In this document: piece after piece, positions 33,567-44,694 of the stretch
How positions within the stretch are numbered: position 1 is the stretch's first letter
How the letters are laid out: the number at the start of each line of letters is the position of its first letter
From: an uncultured delta proteobacterium
GTDB lineage: Bacteria; Desulfobacterota; Desulfomonilia; UBA1062
DNA: 64,000 nt
Reading direction: 5' to 3'
Assembly (NCBI GenBank): GCA_963785235.1
Contig: CAWAUM010000001.1
Location: 608,001-672,000 of the forward strand
The notes under the pieces: model-generated
The model's input: only the letters and a program-made list of their open reading frames with translations
Told to the model about the DNA's origin: nothing
The model's database searches: none
Position numbers and translations under genes: made by a program

Positions 33567-33758
33567 TTGAGTGGTTGTTCTATTGAAGCTGTATGCATTG
33601 CGGGAGCATCAGTGGGACGAGTTGCTCATGATGCACAAAGAGCAGATTAGACTGCTGAACTTGCTGATAGAAGATCGCAAAGGGGTAAAGCAGGAGAGGA
33701 AATAGGCCCTTCAGAATACACCACGCAAAAGACAGGGCACCTTTATCTTCCTGGATTC

Positions 33759-35024
33759 TTACCCCTCTTTTGCCTGGGGTTTCCTGGTCAGGAATCCTGA
33801 CAAAAATAACGCCAGCAATGTGTATGTAAGGAACAGGTAATAGCCCGGCTGGAGGGAAGTGCCATTCGTTGTTAAGATCTCCATTCCCTTGCAGAATGAT
33901 TTTAATTGATCGAACTGGCTGGCAATAATTCCATTAAATCCTATATATGCCATGAATATGGCAACAACCATGACATCGGCCATGGACCATTTCCCGGATT
34001 TTAAAACAAAAAACTTAATCACCGGGTTCTCCCTTGCCTGGTGATAATTGTAATAATACCCCATTGTCGAGGTTATTTTTAACAGGGGAAATAGAACACT
34101 GAAGGTAATCATCAAGACCCCGACAAACTTCATCTGAATATCCTTGTGAGTAATCATGATCCAGAATACATCCAGAATGCTTTTGCTTTGGAAATACAAG
34201 ACCTGGCTCTCAAAATGGATGGCATGCCCCATCAACACAAAACTCATCAGTGATACTTTTGCTTCAAGATCTATCATGGGCGTTATAACGCCGGGCACCA
34301 GCAGTATGATAAGAGACAGAACAAGGAGTATATACCGGGCCGGGGCCAAGGGGTGCTTGCTGAAACCGGACAAGGCAAACAGGATAACCGACAGAGTGAT
34401 CAGCAAGATAGCCTCATAAAAAATCAGGTTCTCCTTATCCGAGATTGCCTTATTGAGGTTGATCCTCGCACTTTCGATATCCTTAGAATGAGTCCAGAGA
34501 AGGATGCGGTTTATTTGAGATCTATCCTGCGTATCGAAGGTTTGGCTGGAATATAGTTCCAGCTGTTTGTTCAGCATGGTCTTTATCTGGTCGCTTGTTT
34601 TCGATTTCGTCATCTCATGTATGATGGCATCCGCATATTCAGGGATGCCTTTTTTGATATCTTCCAGGCTGACAAAAGTATTTATAAAGGATTGCTTGAC
34701 CCAACCCTTCACGGAGCCTGCATTCCCTGCCCTGATTTTTTTGTCGACGAGATCAATAAGTCTATTCAGTTGAACTTCGACATGTTTTCGTAGTTCCTGT
34801 TCATTCGTCCTTGACAAATAAAGCTTATTGATCTCCTCGGTAAGAATAACGGTAATTTGCCGTTTCCATTCGTCAACACTGAAAAGACCGTATTTGACGT
34901 GGTTGAGTTCGGCATAATAGTTTTTGTTCTTCTGGTTGGTAATTGAATTTGAAATAATTTGTTGGCATACAATAACCGATGAGATGATGATTAGTAAGGG
35001 TAAGAACAGTTTGAGCAGTTTCAT
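33759..35024 (-). CDS. Paraquat-inducible protein A-like membrane protein
   Basis: FSVLFPLLK, GKWSMADVMVVA, L.PGYYLF. Confidence 0.75.
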   Translation of the reverse strand: MKLLKLFLPLLIIISSVIVCQQIISNSITNQKNKNYYAELNHVKYGLFSVDEWKRQITVILTEEINKLYLSRTNEQELRKHVEVQLNRLIDLVDKKIRAGNAGSVKGWVKQSFINTFVSLEDIKKGIPEYADAIIHEMTKSKTSDQIKTMLNKQLELYSSQTFDTQDRSQINRILLWTHSKDIESARINLNKAISDKENLIFYEAILLITLSVILFALSGFSKHPLAPARYILLVLSLIILLVPGVITPMIDLEAKVSLMSFVLMGHAIHFESQVLYFQSKSILDVFWIMITHKDIQMKFVGVLMITFSVLFPLLKITSTMGYYYNYHQARENPVIKFFVLKSGKWSMADVMVVAIFMAYIGFNGIIASQFDQLKSFCKGMEILTTNGTSLQPGYYLFLTYTLLALFLSGFLTRKPQAKEG

Positions 35025-35336
35025 TGTAGTGACCTACTTTGATTAACAGGTATATTTGCCTTGACCTGTTATCACTTTAAATAACTATCCTCCTGAAGGA
35101 TTATCTCAAAACCATTACCTCAGAAAGAAAAAGACAGGTTCCAGCCTACCAAGAGAATAATGTGTTTCTATAGCAATAACTAGTGCTGAAAAACCAATTT
35201 TGTAAAAGCATGTACAATTTTAACCAACTTCTCGGTTTGTCAGATATATAACATATTGTTATCACAAGGCCAAAAATACTGGCGCGGTTATTGTATATTC
35301 CAAATGATGGTAATGTCTATGAATATGGGGGAAATT

Positions 35337-35540
35337 ATGAATACTGAAGAACTACGAGCCACACATGGTAATGTGGAGAATGCAAGATTAAGAATCTCCG
35401 ATTTGTTCGCCCAGTGCCTTAATGAAATAGAGAAGACGGCATCTGCAGCAGGTCTTACAATGAGGGATGTCGGCGTCGATGTGGAAAAGTATGTTGTATC
35501 TGGAAATTCATGTATTTTTGAAATGAAGTTGCAGATGTAA
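35337..35540 (+). CDS. Small hypothetical protein, paralog A
   Basis: Aligns ungapped with 35584-35781 (QC..I.K..A..L.M.DVGV.VEKY..SG.S.I...KL). Confidence 0.7.
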   Translation: MNTEELRATHGNVENARLRISDLFAQCLNEIEKTASAAGLTMRDVGVDVEKYVVSGNSCIFEMKLQM

Positions 35541-35583
35541 CATAAGATTTCATAATCGATTCATAGGTAAAAGGGAGGAAATC

Positions 35584-35781
35584 ATGGAACGCATTGTGGA
35601 ACAACAAGCTAATATCGAGCGCACGCGGAAGATGATTTTCGTTCTGCTTACCCAGTGTATCACGGACATCCAAAAGGCAGTCGCCGCATCGGACCTCAAG
35701 ATGCAAGATGTAGGAGTTGGGGTTGAGAAGTACCAGACATCTGGGGATTCATACATCATCGATTTGAAGCTGTGCGTTTAA
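35584..35781 (+). CDS. Small hypothetical protein, paralog B
   Basis: GGAGG RBS; paralogous to the preceding ORF. Confidence 0.7.
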   Translation: MERIVEQQANIERTRKMIFVLLTQCITDIQKAVAASDLKMQDVGVGVEKYQTSGDSYIIDLKLCV

Positions 35782-35813
35782 AAGATTTTTTTGAGAAACA
35801 GCCATTCCTGCAG

Positions 35814-36161
35814 CTATTCTTTTCCCTTGCGTCGTTGATCCGGCGGCTTTTTGCGTGCATCAATCATATGAAGAAAGGTGAGGATGGGGTGTCGGTAGAG
35901 CATACGGGGGCCGGAATATCTCATCACTGATTGAATCTTTACCTTCATGTTTACGTTGTAGCAGTGCGCCGGGCAAAGGCCGCAGGCAGGTTTATTTTCC
36001 TGAAACGGGCATTTCTGAAGGCGTAGAAGGGAATACTCCAACAGGGAGGTACACTCAGGGCATAGACCGTTTATGTTTCCGTGATGTCCATGGCAGTGCA
36101 GGGCTATCATGGCTTTGATGGTGCGGCGTTCCCGTTCTCTTCTCCGGATTGAGTAAGACAT
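35814..36161 (-). CDS. YgbA-like (nitrous oxide-stimulated promoter family) protein
   Basis: RE..TI.AMI.L.C...H, LCPEC..L..Y...RL.KCPF.E.KP.C..C..HCY, MRYSGPRML..HP. Confidence 0.85.
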   Translation of the reverse strand: MSYSIRRRERERRTIKAMIALHCHGHHGNINGLCPECTSLLEYSLLRLQKCPFQENKPACGLCPAHCYNVNMKVKIQSVMRYSGPRMLYRHPILTFLHMIDARKKPPDQRRKGKE

Positions 36162-36259
36162 AGATGTAATCCCTTTAGGAGTATACGCAATTATAGTGGG
36201 AATGTGAATCTGAAGCTGTTTAGATTGACTGCCCATGGGGCTTGGGTCTGTCCTTTGCC

Positions 36260-37861
36260 TCACACCTCAGGGTGAATGGATGGTTGTGAAGGTTCTTTGT
36301 GCAGCGGAGTGATGGGGATGACAGAGGTAGCGAAGATTTCTGCCTTGTCTGTAAACTCATCCACAACACGATCATACCCGCCCTCCAGGCTGTATGCGAA
36401 ATCATTGTATGCCATTAAGGTGAGGATGGTGGATATCCTCACCCGTTTGCTGAACACCTTGGGCAATATCTTCAAGATGAATCTCGACCGGTCGGTATTG
36501 CGGGATAGGAGCATGCTGCAGAGCCTCAGTGCGAAGATAAGGCGGTAGGCGAACTTAATCGGGTCGAGCTCGTTGGAGTTTTTCCAGAAGTCCATATCCC
36601 AGTAATAGTTCAGCTTTTTCCAGATGGAGTCAAAAGAATACACAGTCTGCACAATCCTTCGGTATCCATCTGAGAGTTCGCTCATAGATAGACTGGGATG
36701 CTTGAAGACAACATGCTTGGCGTCGTACTTGCTCCAGTCCTTGTGGATGATCCTCCCCTCCTTTTCCAGGCGTTTGTACAGCTCTGTCCCGGGAAAGGGC
36801 GTGAGGACATTGATGAGCGGCATGAGGAGATTGGTTTCGTCTATGAAGTCTATCAGCTCATCGAAGATCGCCTCGGAATCAAAGTCATACCCCACGATGA
36901 AGGCGCTGTGGACCATTATACCGTATGACTGGATCTTCTTTATTGCCTCTTTATAATTATATCTCTGGTTGATCTCCTTGTGCATGGCCGCAAGGTTATC
37001 TTTGGAGATGGATTCGAATCCAATGAGAATGGCCCCGCACCCGCTGTCCCTCATGAGGCCAAGGAGCTCATCCTCCTGGGAGATGTTGATGGAAGCCTGG
37101 CACGACCAGTTGAGATTGTGCTCTTTGATGGCCTTGAACAGCTCTCGGGCGAATTGTTTGTTGGCAATGATATTGTCATCGGCAAAGAAGATGGCGTTCT
37201 TTTTTTTATATTTTGATCCCGTGCTGTTGATATCCTCTATCTCGGTGATGACCTGTGCTATGGTTCTGTTCCTGATCTTCTGTCCGTCATAGGCATACAC
37301 CGAGCAGAATTCACAGTGGAAAGGGCAGCCTTTTGTGGTCTGTATGATATTCTGAAGGTAGTTGTCTTTTGAAAGGGAGGTTCTCACCGTTACAGGTGAT
37401 TTTGTCAGATCGGTAAAGGAACCTGCCTTGTAAATCTTTTTCAGCGTTCCCGCTTCGGCATCCTTCAGGAGTGTAGACCAGACATTCTCGGCTTCGCCTA
37501 CGACCACGCTGTCGCAATACTGCTTAGCCTCTTCCGGACACATGGACGGGTGTATGCCGCCCAGGACGGTCTTGACCCCTCTACCCCGGTAGTTACGTGC
37601 GATTGCATAGGCCCTGTTGGCATACATGGTCCTGACGCTGATCCCCACAAGGTCCGCTTCCCAGGTATAATCGATCTCCTCGATATTTTCATCGAACACC
37701 CTGATCTCATGTTGGGGCGGGGTCAATGATGCCAGGGTGGGGATTGCCAGTAAATAGGAGATGTATTTTTTGGAAAGAAGAAAATTCGAATAGAACTTAT
37801 AGTCATAGAAGCTCCTTGATCCATCGGAGCTGTTCTTGGGTATGATTAGGGCAATCTTCAT
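36260..37861 (-). CDS. B12-binding radical SAM protein
   Basis: ADLVGIS, VLGGIHPS, VVGEAE, KGCPFHCEFC, FFADDN, TPFPGT. Confidence 0.9.
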   Translation of the reverse strand: MKIALIIPKNSSDGSRSFYDYKFYSNFLLSKKYISYLLAIPTLASLTPPQHEIRVFDENIEEIDYTWEADLVGISVRTMYANRAYAIARNYRGRGVKTVLGGIHPSMCPEEAKQYCDSVVVGEAENVWSTLLKDAEAGTLKKIYKAGSFTDLTKSPVTVRTSLSKDNYLQNIIQTTKGCPFHCEFCSVYAYDGQKIRNRTIAQVITEIEDINSTGSKYKKKNAIFFADDNIIANKQFARELFKAIKEHNLNWSCQASINISQEDELLGLMRDSGCGAILIGFESISKDNLAAMHKEINQRYNYKEAIKKIQSYGIMVHSAFIVGYDFDSEAIFDELIDFIDETNLLMPLINVLTPFPGTELYKRLEKEGRIIHKDWSKYDAKHVVFKHPSLSMSELSDGYRRIVQTVYSFDSIWKKLNYYWDMDFWKNSNELDPIKFAYRLIFALRLCSMLLSRNTDRSRFILKILPKVFSKRVRISTILTLMAYNDFAYSLEGGYDRVVDEFTDKAEIFATSVIPITPLHKEPSQPSIHPEV

Positions 37862-38199
37862 TATGGCCGTTTTCCTCTCATGGGTTCTAAGGTGAACAAT
37901 AAGGTAGGACTTTTTCTCGGTGGCAAGTGTCAATTCTCCTTACGGGCATAAAATTAAAATTTCAATCCAAGACTCCGGAACCACCGACGATTGTTATATG
38001 ATAACAATTGCAGGCAATAACTGATCTTCGGTGTGACCGTAAGCCTCTTCCATAACAAATGCAATCAGCATATGCCTGTAAAAAGCTGTTTTACCGATAT
38101 TTTACATGAACATGGGTGGAAGGCTTTTTAAACCCTGAAAGAGAATATGACCTTCCCTGAGAATAATTTCAGGAGCGTTTATTCATTTTACCACTGTCA

Positions 38200-38824
38200 T
38201 TACTGATGTGACGCGTCTGGTATAATGGAGGCCAGAGAATCGCTAATCTCCTGGCTGAAAGAATCGATGATACGGTTATAGGCATTTACAAGGGCATTGT
38301 AATCATGTGATCGCACGGGTTCTCTGTATTTCGAAACCTTGTTGATAAGAACCTTTTTAGCCTGTTCGTCCGTAATGGACCATTGGACATGGAACAAGGC
38401 CTGACCACCAAGTGTTCCATCAAGGCGAATCACCTCGGCGGACAGTCTGTATGTGATCTGTTTCGATAGTGTCTTCGGCAGTATCACGATGTCAATGCAT
38501 GGTACTGAGCTCAGGTTTAGTGCGATCACGCGGGTGAGCGTATCTTTTAACGGTTCAGCCCAGATATTGAGCTCTGAAAGTTTGTACTCATTATCATTAA
38601 CCTTTGTCATTATTTGCGGCCGGTCAAGATAGTGGGGTAGATTGATCGGGTTGAGGGCCACGGTAAAGATTTTATCATTTTGACAGGGCTTACGTAATTC
38701 CTTCTGAGAAAGATCAAGGGCATTCAGGACAAAAAACCTTGTAGGTTGTGAAGTTACGCACCCTGTCAGCAGAAAGGGGGTAATGCATAAAAGGATAGAG
38801 ACAAGCAGACGTCGCATAGTCATG
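38200..38824 (-). CDS. PqiC/ABC auxiliary lipoprotein
   Basis: LTGC lipobox, LPHYLDRPQI, WAEPL. Confidence 0.85.
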
Positions 38825-38827
38825 AGT

Positions 38828-39805
38828 TCATTCTCCCTGATATTCTCTTTTGCCATGCAGCAGGGCTTCGGGATGACGATTGAGATAGTCGGACAGGTTT
38901 TGGAGTGAATCGGAGGCCTCAGAGATTTTTTCCAGTGTCTGGGAGAGTTGATACATTGCCGGTGAATCACCCGAGCTTACGTGCTCCAGGGCCTTGAATG
39001 TCTTTTCGGCCTGCGCCATGGCTGAACGGGCTGCATCGGCTGTCTGTTCAATGCCGGTCTGGAGGGATGATGAGCGTTTGTCAAAGTTCTGCACCATCGT
39101 TCTTGAGTCTGCCAGTGTCCCTTTAATATCCGACGCAATAGGCTCGACATGGCTGTTGATGTTTTCTATGAGCCTTCGCATGTCTTCAAGGGCAAGATTC
39201 ATGTTATGGATGCCCTTTATCAGTTCAGGGGATGTCGCAGCCTTTTCCATTCCCTCGATGGCCGATGTCAGTTTATTTACCAGGGCACCCAGAGGCAGCT
39301 TTTCAATTGTCTTGGTAAACTCCTCAATGCTTGATGGGATGGTGGGTATTTCAGGGTACTTGAATCCCGACCTGGTCAGTTTCACAGGCTTATCTGGATG
39401 AAAATCGAGACCCACCACAAGCTGGCCGGTAAGGAGGTTCTGATACTGGAGCTGTGCCTTGAGCCCCTGTTTGATCAGTCCGTTCAGAAAGGCCTTTGCA
39501 TCTATCTTGCCATGGGAATTCGTGATGCTGTGGGGGTTCAGCTCAGCGAGGACGGCAATCTGAACCGATTTTGTTTCAGGGTTAAAACGCAGGCTGATGT
39601 CGCTGACCGCCCCGACCTTGACGCCCTTGAACATGACCGGGGCGCCGATATTGAGCCCTTTGACCGATCCATCGTAAAACATGACATAGGTGGGCTGGTT
39701 GGAAAAATATCTGCCTGCGCCGAAGGTCATCAGCCCAATGATAGCCAGGATGATGGCGCCCAGGACAAAAGCCCCTACCAATGTTTTACTCGGTTTTATG
39801 TTCAT
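38828..39805 (-). CDS. MCE/MlaD (PqiB-like) protein
   Basis: GSVKGLNIGAPVMFKGVKVG, GLKAQL...NLLTGQL, EIPTIPS. Confidence 0.9.
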   Translation of the reverse strand: MNIKPSKTLVGAFVLGAIILAIIGLMTFGAGRYFSNQPTYVMFYDGSVKGLNIGAPVMFKGVKVGAVSDISLRFNPETKSVQIAVLAELNPHSITNSHGKIDAKAFLNGLIKQGLKAQLQYQNLLTGQLVVGLDFHPDKPVKLTRSGFKYPEIPTIPSSIEEFTKTIEKLPLGALVNKLTSAIEGMEKAATSPELIKGIHNMNLALEDMRRLIENINSHVEPIASDIKGTLADSRTMVQNFDKRSSSLQTGIEQTADAARSAMAQAEKTFKALEHVSSGDSPAMYQLSQTLEKISEASDSLQNLSDYLNRHPEALLHGKREYQGE

Positions 39806-39835
39806 CTCCTTTTCATCCTTTTTTGTCCTTCAGGA

Positions 39836-40642
39836 TCATCGCCTCGTGGTGTCATTCATATCAAGTCCTTTTGCCCCCCTGGTGAGGAAGGCGATCACTT
39901 TCGGATCGCTCGATTCCTCAAGGAGTTTCTTCGGGTTTCCGAAGGCTAATATTGTTTTGGCCTCCTGGTCAAGGAAGATCGAGGTACTCCCTATGGCGAA
40001 GATGCTCGCCAGGTCATGGGTGATGACAACAACTGTGGTCTTAAGGCTGTCGGACAGCTCAAGGATCAGGTCATCAAGGAGGCGCGCATTGACAGGGTCA
40101 AGCCCGGCCGATGGCTCATCGAAGAACAGTATATCCGGATCCAGTGCCATGGCACGGGCCAGTGCAGCCCTTTTCTGCATGCCGCCGCTGAGCTCTGATG
40201 GATACAGGTTTTCAAAGCCGCGCAGGCCCACAAGAGAAAGTTTGAGAGATACGATTTCGCTGACCTGTTTCGCACTGAGATCCGTATACTCTTCAAGGGG
40301 CAGTGCTACGTTTTCTGCCAGGGTCATGGAACTCCACAGGGCATTTTTCTGATACAGAATCCCCACCTGCTTCAGTATCCTGCTGCGGACATGGTGATCT
40401 GATTCCCAGAAATTAACCGTATTGTAAAAGACCTGGCCCTTTACCGGCTGTTTCAATCCGATCAGAAATTTCAGCAGGGTGCTCTTCCCGCAGCCGTTCC
40501 CCCCCATGATGATGAAGATGTCTCCGCGTTCAATGGAAAAACCAACACCGTCCAGGACGGTATAATTATCATACGCCAGGGTAAGGTCGCGTACCGTGAT
40601 GTGTGCCTTGTTCAAATCAGGACCTTCAGTTGCATGTTCCAT
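39836..40642 (-). CDS. MlaF-like ABC ATPase
   Basis: GGNGCGKS, LSGGMQKR, FFDEPSAGLD. Confidence 0.9.
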   Translation of the reverse strand: MEHATEGPDLNKAHITVRDLTLAYDNYTVLDGVGFSIERGDIFIIMGGNGCGKSTLLKFLIGLKQPVKGQVFYNTVNFWESDHHVRSRILKQVGILYQKNALWSSMTLAENVALPLEEYTDLSAKQVSEIVSLKLSLVGLRGFENLYPSELSGGMQKRAALARAMALDPDILFFDEPSAGLDPVNARLLDDLILELSDSLKTTVVVITHDLASIFAIGSTSIFLDQEAKTILAFGNPKKLLEESSDPKVIAFLTRGAKGLDMNDTTRR

Positions 40643-40644
40643 GA

Positions 40645-41799
40645 TCAGACCTTGAGAATGCTTGTTATGACCGCAATGATCCCGTCAGTGATAACGATCA
40701 GCACAATGCCGACAACCACTGCCCTTGTTGCCGCATAACCTACTGCAGATGCGCTCCTGTCCACGTGCATCCCGTGGAAGCATCCCGACATGGCAATTAT
40801 GACGGCAAAGATAGCACTCTTGATTATCCCGATGTAAAGATGGTTGAGCTTCAACGCCAGGCGTGTCTGCTCATAGTATTGGTTGAGAGGAATATCGTAC
40901 ATGCCCACACCTACGAATGCTCCTCCCAAAATCCCCACGATGTCCGCATAGATGCACAGGAGCGGCATCATCAAGACCAGTGCGATCACGCGGGGCATCA
41001 CCAGAAACTCCATAGGTGAAATGCCCAGGGTCTTCAGGGCATCGATCTCCTCGTTTGTCTCCATGGTGCCGAGCTGGGTGGCAAAGGCGGCGCCTGTGCG
41101 ACCCATCATGATGATGGCTGTCATCATGGCCCCCATCTCGCGTGCCATGCCGATCCCTACGAGATTGGCAATATAGATCTGGGCGCCGAATATCTTTAAC
41201 TGGACTACGCCCACAAACCCCAGGATGAGGCCTACCAGCACACTGATAAGGGATACAATGGGCAAGGCCTGCGCCCCGCATTCATAAATGAGAAGCCCAA
41301 GATCCGAACGGCGGTAACGGGCCTTTCCCCGGAGAAACCTTGTCAGCGCAATAAATGCCTCGCCCAGGAACTCAAGTACGCTTAAAGAATAGCGGACAAG
41401 TTTAAAGGTATGCTCCCCGAGATTGGCAAGAAAAGATGCGTCTGCATTTTTTTCCGGCAGGCCTTCTGCCCCCAAACTCCCTGATGCGAGCCTTAGCAGG
41501 CGTACCACACCTTGCGGCAACCCGAGTGTGTCCATTGTGATCTGTGTGGAAGAACACCGGTCTGAAAGATTGACCAGGAAGGTGAGAAGGCTGCTGTCCC
41601 AGGCATCAAGACTGGAGTAATCGAAGATGATGGTTCGTGTGCCGGGCCTCATGGCGGCCTGGTACATGACCTCATCGGCTGCAGGGTGATCCTGCCCGGT
41701 TTTCCAGGTGCCCTTCAGATGGACAAGAAGGGTTCCTTCTTCGTTCCGGCTGAAATCAAGCGTTCCCGGGGAGGTTGCCATTATTTTGCTTTCATTCAT
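40645..41799 (-). CDS. STAS-MlaE ABC permease
   Basis: N-terminal STAS-like WDSS; REMGAMMTAI..GRTGAAFA..LGTM..NEEIDAL. Confidence 0.9.
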   Translation of the reverse strand: MNESKIMATSPGTLDFSRNEEGTLLVHLKGTWKTGQDHPAADEVMYQAAMRPGTRTIIFDYSSLDAWDSSLLTFLVNLSDRCSSTQITMDTLGLPQGVVRLLRLASGSLGAEGLPEKNADASFLANLGEHTFKLVRYSLSVLEFLGEAFIALTRFLRGKARYRRSDLGLLIYECGAQALPIVSLISVLVGLILGFVGVVQLKIFGAQIYIANLVGIGMAREMGAMMTAIIMMGRTGAAFATQLGTMETNEEIDALKTLGISPMEFLVMPRVIALVLMMPLLCIYADIVGILGGAFVGVGMYDIPLNQYYEQTRLALKLNHLYIGIIKSAIFAVIIAMSGCFHGMHVDRSASAVGYAATRAVVVGIVLIVITDGIIAVITSILKV

Positions 41800-41844
41800 T
41801 GGTATTGCTTCTATAATAAACCGAATCCAACCACAATTCCACGT

Positions 41845-44694
41845 TTACATCTGAGCCTTGAAGATGAAATTTGCAAAGCCCTCTTTCTCATGGGTCTTGT
41901 ATCCGTACTGGATGCCGAGTTCTATGGGCAGGACGGCCAGCAGAATGCACCTGTTCGTCAGGGTTGCACCTATGGATGTCTGTGCCCTGCGGTTCCACGA
42001 ATTCCAGTCCAAGCCCCCATCCCACCCTGCACCATAATCCACAAAGACAGACCCTTTGACGAGGTTGCTGTGGTATGCATAGAGCCCCAGGCCGCCATCG
42101 GCATACAGGATCGGGAAATGATACTCCGCACTCATCAGCAGGTTCTTGCGTCTGTCAAGACCGCCTTTGGGGTCGTCATCATCATACCCCCTGGGGATGC
42201 TCAAGTCCTTTGAATAGGTGAGAAGACCATTCTGTGCCTGATGGGTTAGGGTCAGCGCCAGACCCTGGTGCTGGAAATATGATGGTACATACTGTGTTGC
42301 TGAGGCAATGCCGTTGTAGCCGGGCAGCTCACCGCCAAGGTCTGACAGGCCCTTTTCATAGGAAAGGAAAACATCCTCCCCCCAGGATGATACCATGTCC
42401 CTGGGTGACGCATTCGGTATCCTGGACAGTTTCAACTCACCGAAGACCCCGATTGATTGGTTATTGTCATGGGCAATATCCACATCATCATCCAGGCTGC
42501 TGAAATACCTCAGCCGGGGTCCTATGCGTAGCGTTGACGAAATCATGCCGGGCACTATTTGATGGATCATGGTTATTCCGGCTGAAAGTTCGCCTCCCCT
42601 TTCCCGGTACCAGTAGTCTTCTCCCTCTCCCACGATATTGCCCTCAACTGAAGTGTCATAGAGCCGCGCCATTATGGTGGGCCAGAACGATTTGTTGGTG
42701 AGGTTGATATCGTAGCCGGCCCGGTTGGATTTAAATCCGTACAGGAGATTTGCGGTATAGCTGGTTATCCCCACCGGGTCTGCACCCATAAGAAGCACGC
42801 CGGCCTGGGCCCCCTTCTCATCGGAGCTGATATAGGGGATATGGACAAAGGGCTTGTACGCCTGCAAGGGGATGCCTGTAGTGCCCGTAAAGGCAACGTC
42901 CGGCTGCAGCCGCTTCAGGTCGGGCTGTTCTATTACCTGTGCCTCTTTGGTTTCGTGAGGTTTGCCCGATATCGGATTGAAGGGCAGGGTGCAAACCTGC
43001 TTTACCCCCCTGATGGTATTGGAGTATGACAGGTCCTTTCCATCCGGAGATAGGTGCGGGTCTCCTGCCAGGTAGGGGACCGATGTCAGCTGAAAGAGCC
43101 TTTTGTCGGCAAGGTCCCAGGCATAGATGTTCCAGATGCCGCTGCGGTCTGAAGAGAAAATGATCCACTTCCCATCTGGAGAAAATTCCGGTTCGTTGTC
43201 TTCACAGACGTCTGCGGCGAACAGCAGTTTCATGGTCCCTGTTGCGGGGTTGATCAGGACAATGTCCGAGTTCCGGCCGCTCTTCACCACCGCTGCGATT
43301 CGAGAGCCGTCCGGTGACCAGCAAGGTGCATCAAAGTACATGCCCGGTTTCGAGATCAGCTCTCTGATATTCGTCCCATCCGCATTGAGGAGCACCAGGT
43401 CGATCCACATGCCGTTCCTGCGGGTGGCGACAATCGTCTTCTTGTCCGGTGAGAGACAAGCTGAATAGATATGTGCATCCTTTGTCAACCGCTCATGTTT
43501 CTGGGTCTTCGGGTCAAAGATCACAAGGTCGGTGGTGTCAATCTGCCCTTCGCCAAGGGGGTGATAGAACACCTCGGGCATAAGAAGGCGTCCGTCAGGC
43601 AGCCTCCTGGCCGAGAGGTTCGCCAGATTGCCGGTTTCGGTCTGGGATACGGTCTTCTCTGTGCCAGGGTCAACCTCCACCAGGGCGGTCTTCTTATCGT
43701 AGCCTTTCCTGAGTCCGATTATGGTCCCGTTTTCCGTCCAGAAGTGTGATTCAAGGCTGTCCAGGGTCCGGTCATCCCCAAGGACGACCTTGCCCTGCGG
43801 CAGGCCTACGGAAAGGGCCTTGTCTCTCGTTGTGCGCGTGTAGGCCAGATAATCGCTTAAAAAATCCTGGTAGAACTGCTGGGGGTATTTCCCGGTCACA
43901 AGTTCCATGGCTTCAGCAGTGCCACCCAGGGGGTGCTCGGCCTGGTGCCGGCTCAGGCGTGCGAATGCATCCTGCCCGTATGTTCGGTTCAGGTAATCGA
44001 CCATATGATATCCGGCCAGGTATATCCTGCCGCCGGGCGGGGCATAGGGAGACGATACCGCCGCCGAATTGAGGTCCCACAGGCCGTGGCCTTCGGTGAA
44101 GGACATCATCTCGCCCTTGAAAAGGGGAGAGCGCCCGCGGCCGCCATCGGTGAACATGGTCTCGGTGTTGGTGGTGATACCTTCAAGGACCCATCCGGGT
44201 GACAGGGCATTGGATATGGCAAGGCCTTCACCAAGGACCTTGGTCAGTCCGCCGTACCACCCGAGCCGTGTGGTTATGTGGACATAGTGGGTATATTCAT
44301 GGGTAAACACGAGGTCCATGAGGTCGGAACCGGGTCCGAACCCCCGAACAGTATAGAGTGGTGTTTCATACAGGGATATCTTGCTGGGGAATACCTCCAT
44401 GAATCCGTTAAAGAGGTCCGTGCCCGGGTCAAGGACTATGGGGCAGGGGCGTGGCTCAACGCCGAGATAAGCCGTGACGTCTTTATGAACCTCCTCGCAC
44501 AGCGAGAGCACGCGCTGGGCCAGCAATTCATGGCCTTTTGGATAATAAATGATGAAGTTATCCGTTTGAACCGTGCACCACTGTAACGCCGGGTCATACC
44601 GCGCAGAGGCATTCAGCGGTATTGTGAGGATCATAACCGTACAGGCAAGGAAGATGAGTAACTCCTTATGCAGGAATCCAAGATGGTGTTTCAT
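41845..44694 (-). CDS. Secreted/outer-membrane protein: HEYTH peptidase-like domain, TolB/PD40 propeller, beta-barrel-like C-terminus
   Basis: HEYTHYVH...W..EG, WSPDGSRI, FSPDGKWIIFSSDRSG, aromatic-ended beta strands. Confidence 0.75.
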   Translation of the reverse strand: MKHHLGFLHKELLIFLACTVMILTIPLNASARYDPALQWCTVQTDNFIIYYPKGHELLAQRVLSLCEEVHKDVTAYLGVEPRPCPIVLDPGTDLFNGFMEVFPSKISLYETPLYTVRGFGPGSDLMDLVFTHEYTHYVHITTRLGWYGGLTKVLGEGLAISNALSPGWVLEGITTNTETMFTDGGRGRSPLFKGEMMSFTEGHGLWDLNSAAVSSPYAPPGGRIYLAGYHMVDYLNRTYGQDAFARLSRHQAEHPLGGTAEAMELVTGKYPQQFYQDFLSDYLAYTRTTRDKALSVGLPQGKVVLGDDRTLDSLESHFWTENGTIIGLRKGYDKKTALVEVDPGTEKTVSQTETGNLANLSARRLPDGRLLMPEVFYHPLGEGQIDTTDLVIFDPKTQKHERLTKDAHIYSACLSPDKKTIVATRRNGMWIDLVLLNADGTNIRELISKPGMYFDAPCWSPDGSRIAAVVKSGRNSDIVLINPATGTMKLLFAADVCEDNEPEFSPDGKWIIFSSDRSGIWNIYAWDLADKRLFQLTSVPYLAGDPHLSPDGKDLSYSNTIRGVKQVCTLPFNPISGKPHETKEAQVIEQPDLKRLQPDVAFTGTTGIPLQAYKPFVHIPYISSDEKGAQAGVLLMGADPVGITSYTANLLYGFKSNRAGYDINLTNKSFWPTIMARLYDTSVEGNIVGEGEDYWYRERGGELSAGITMIHQIVPGMISSTLRIGPRLRYFSSLDDDVDIAHDNNQSIGVFGELKLSRIPNASPRDMVSSWGEDVFLSYEKGLSDLGGELPGYNGIASATQYVPSYFQHQGLALTLTHQAQNGLLTYSKDLSIPRGYDDDDPKGGLDRRKNLLMSAEYHFPILYADGGLGLYAYHSNLVKGSVFVDYGAGWDGGLDWNSWNRRAQTSIGATLTNRCILLAVLPIELGIQYGYKTHEKEGFANFIFKAQM

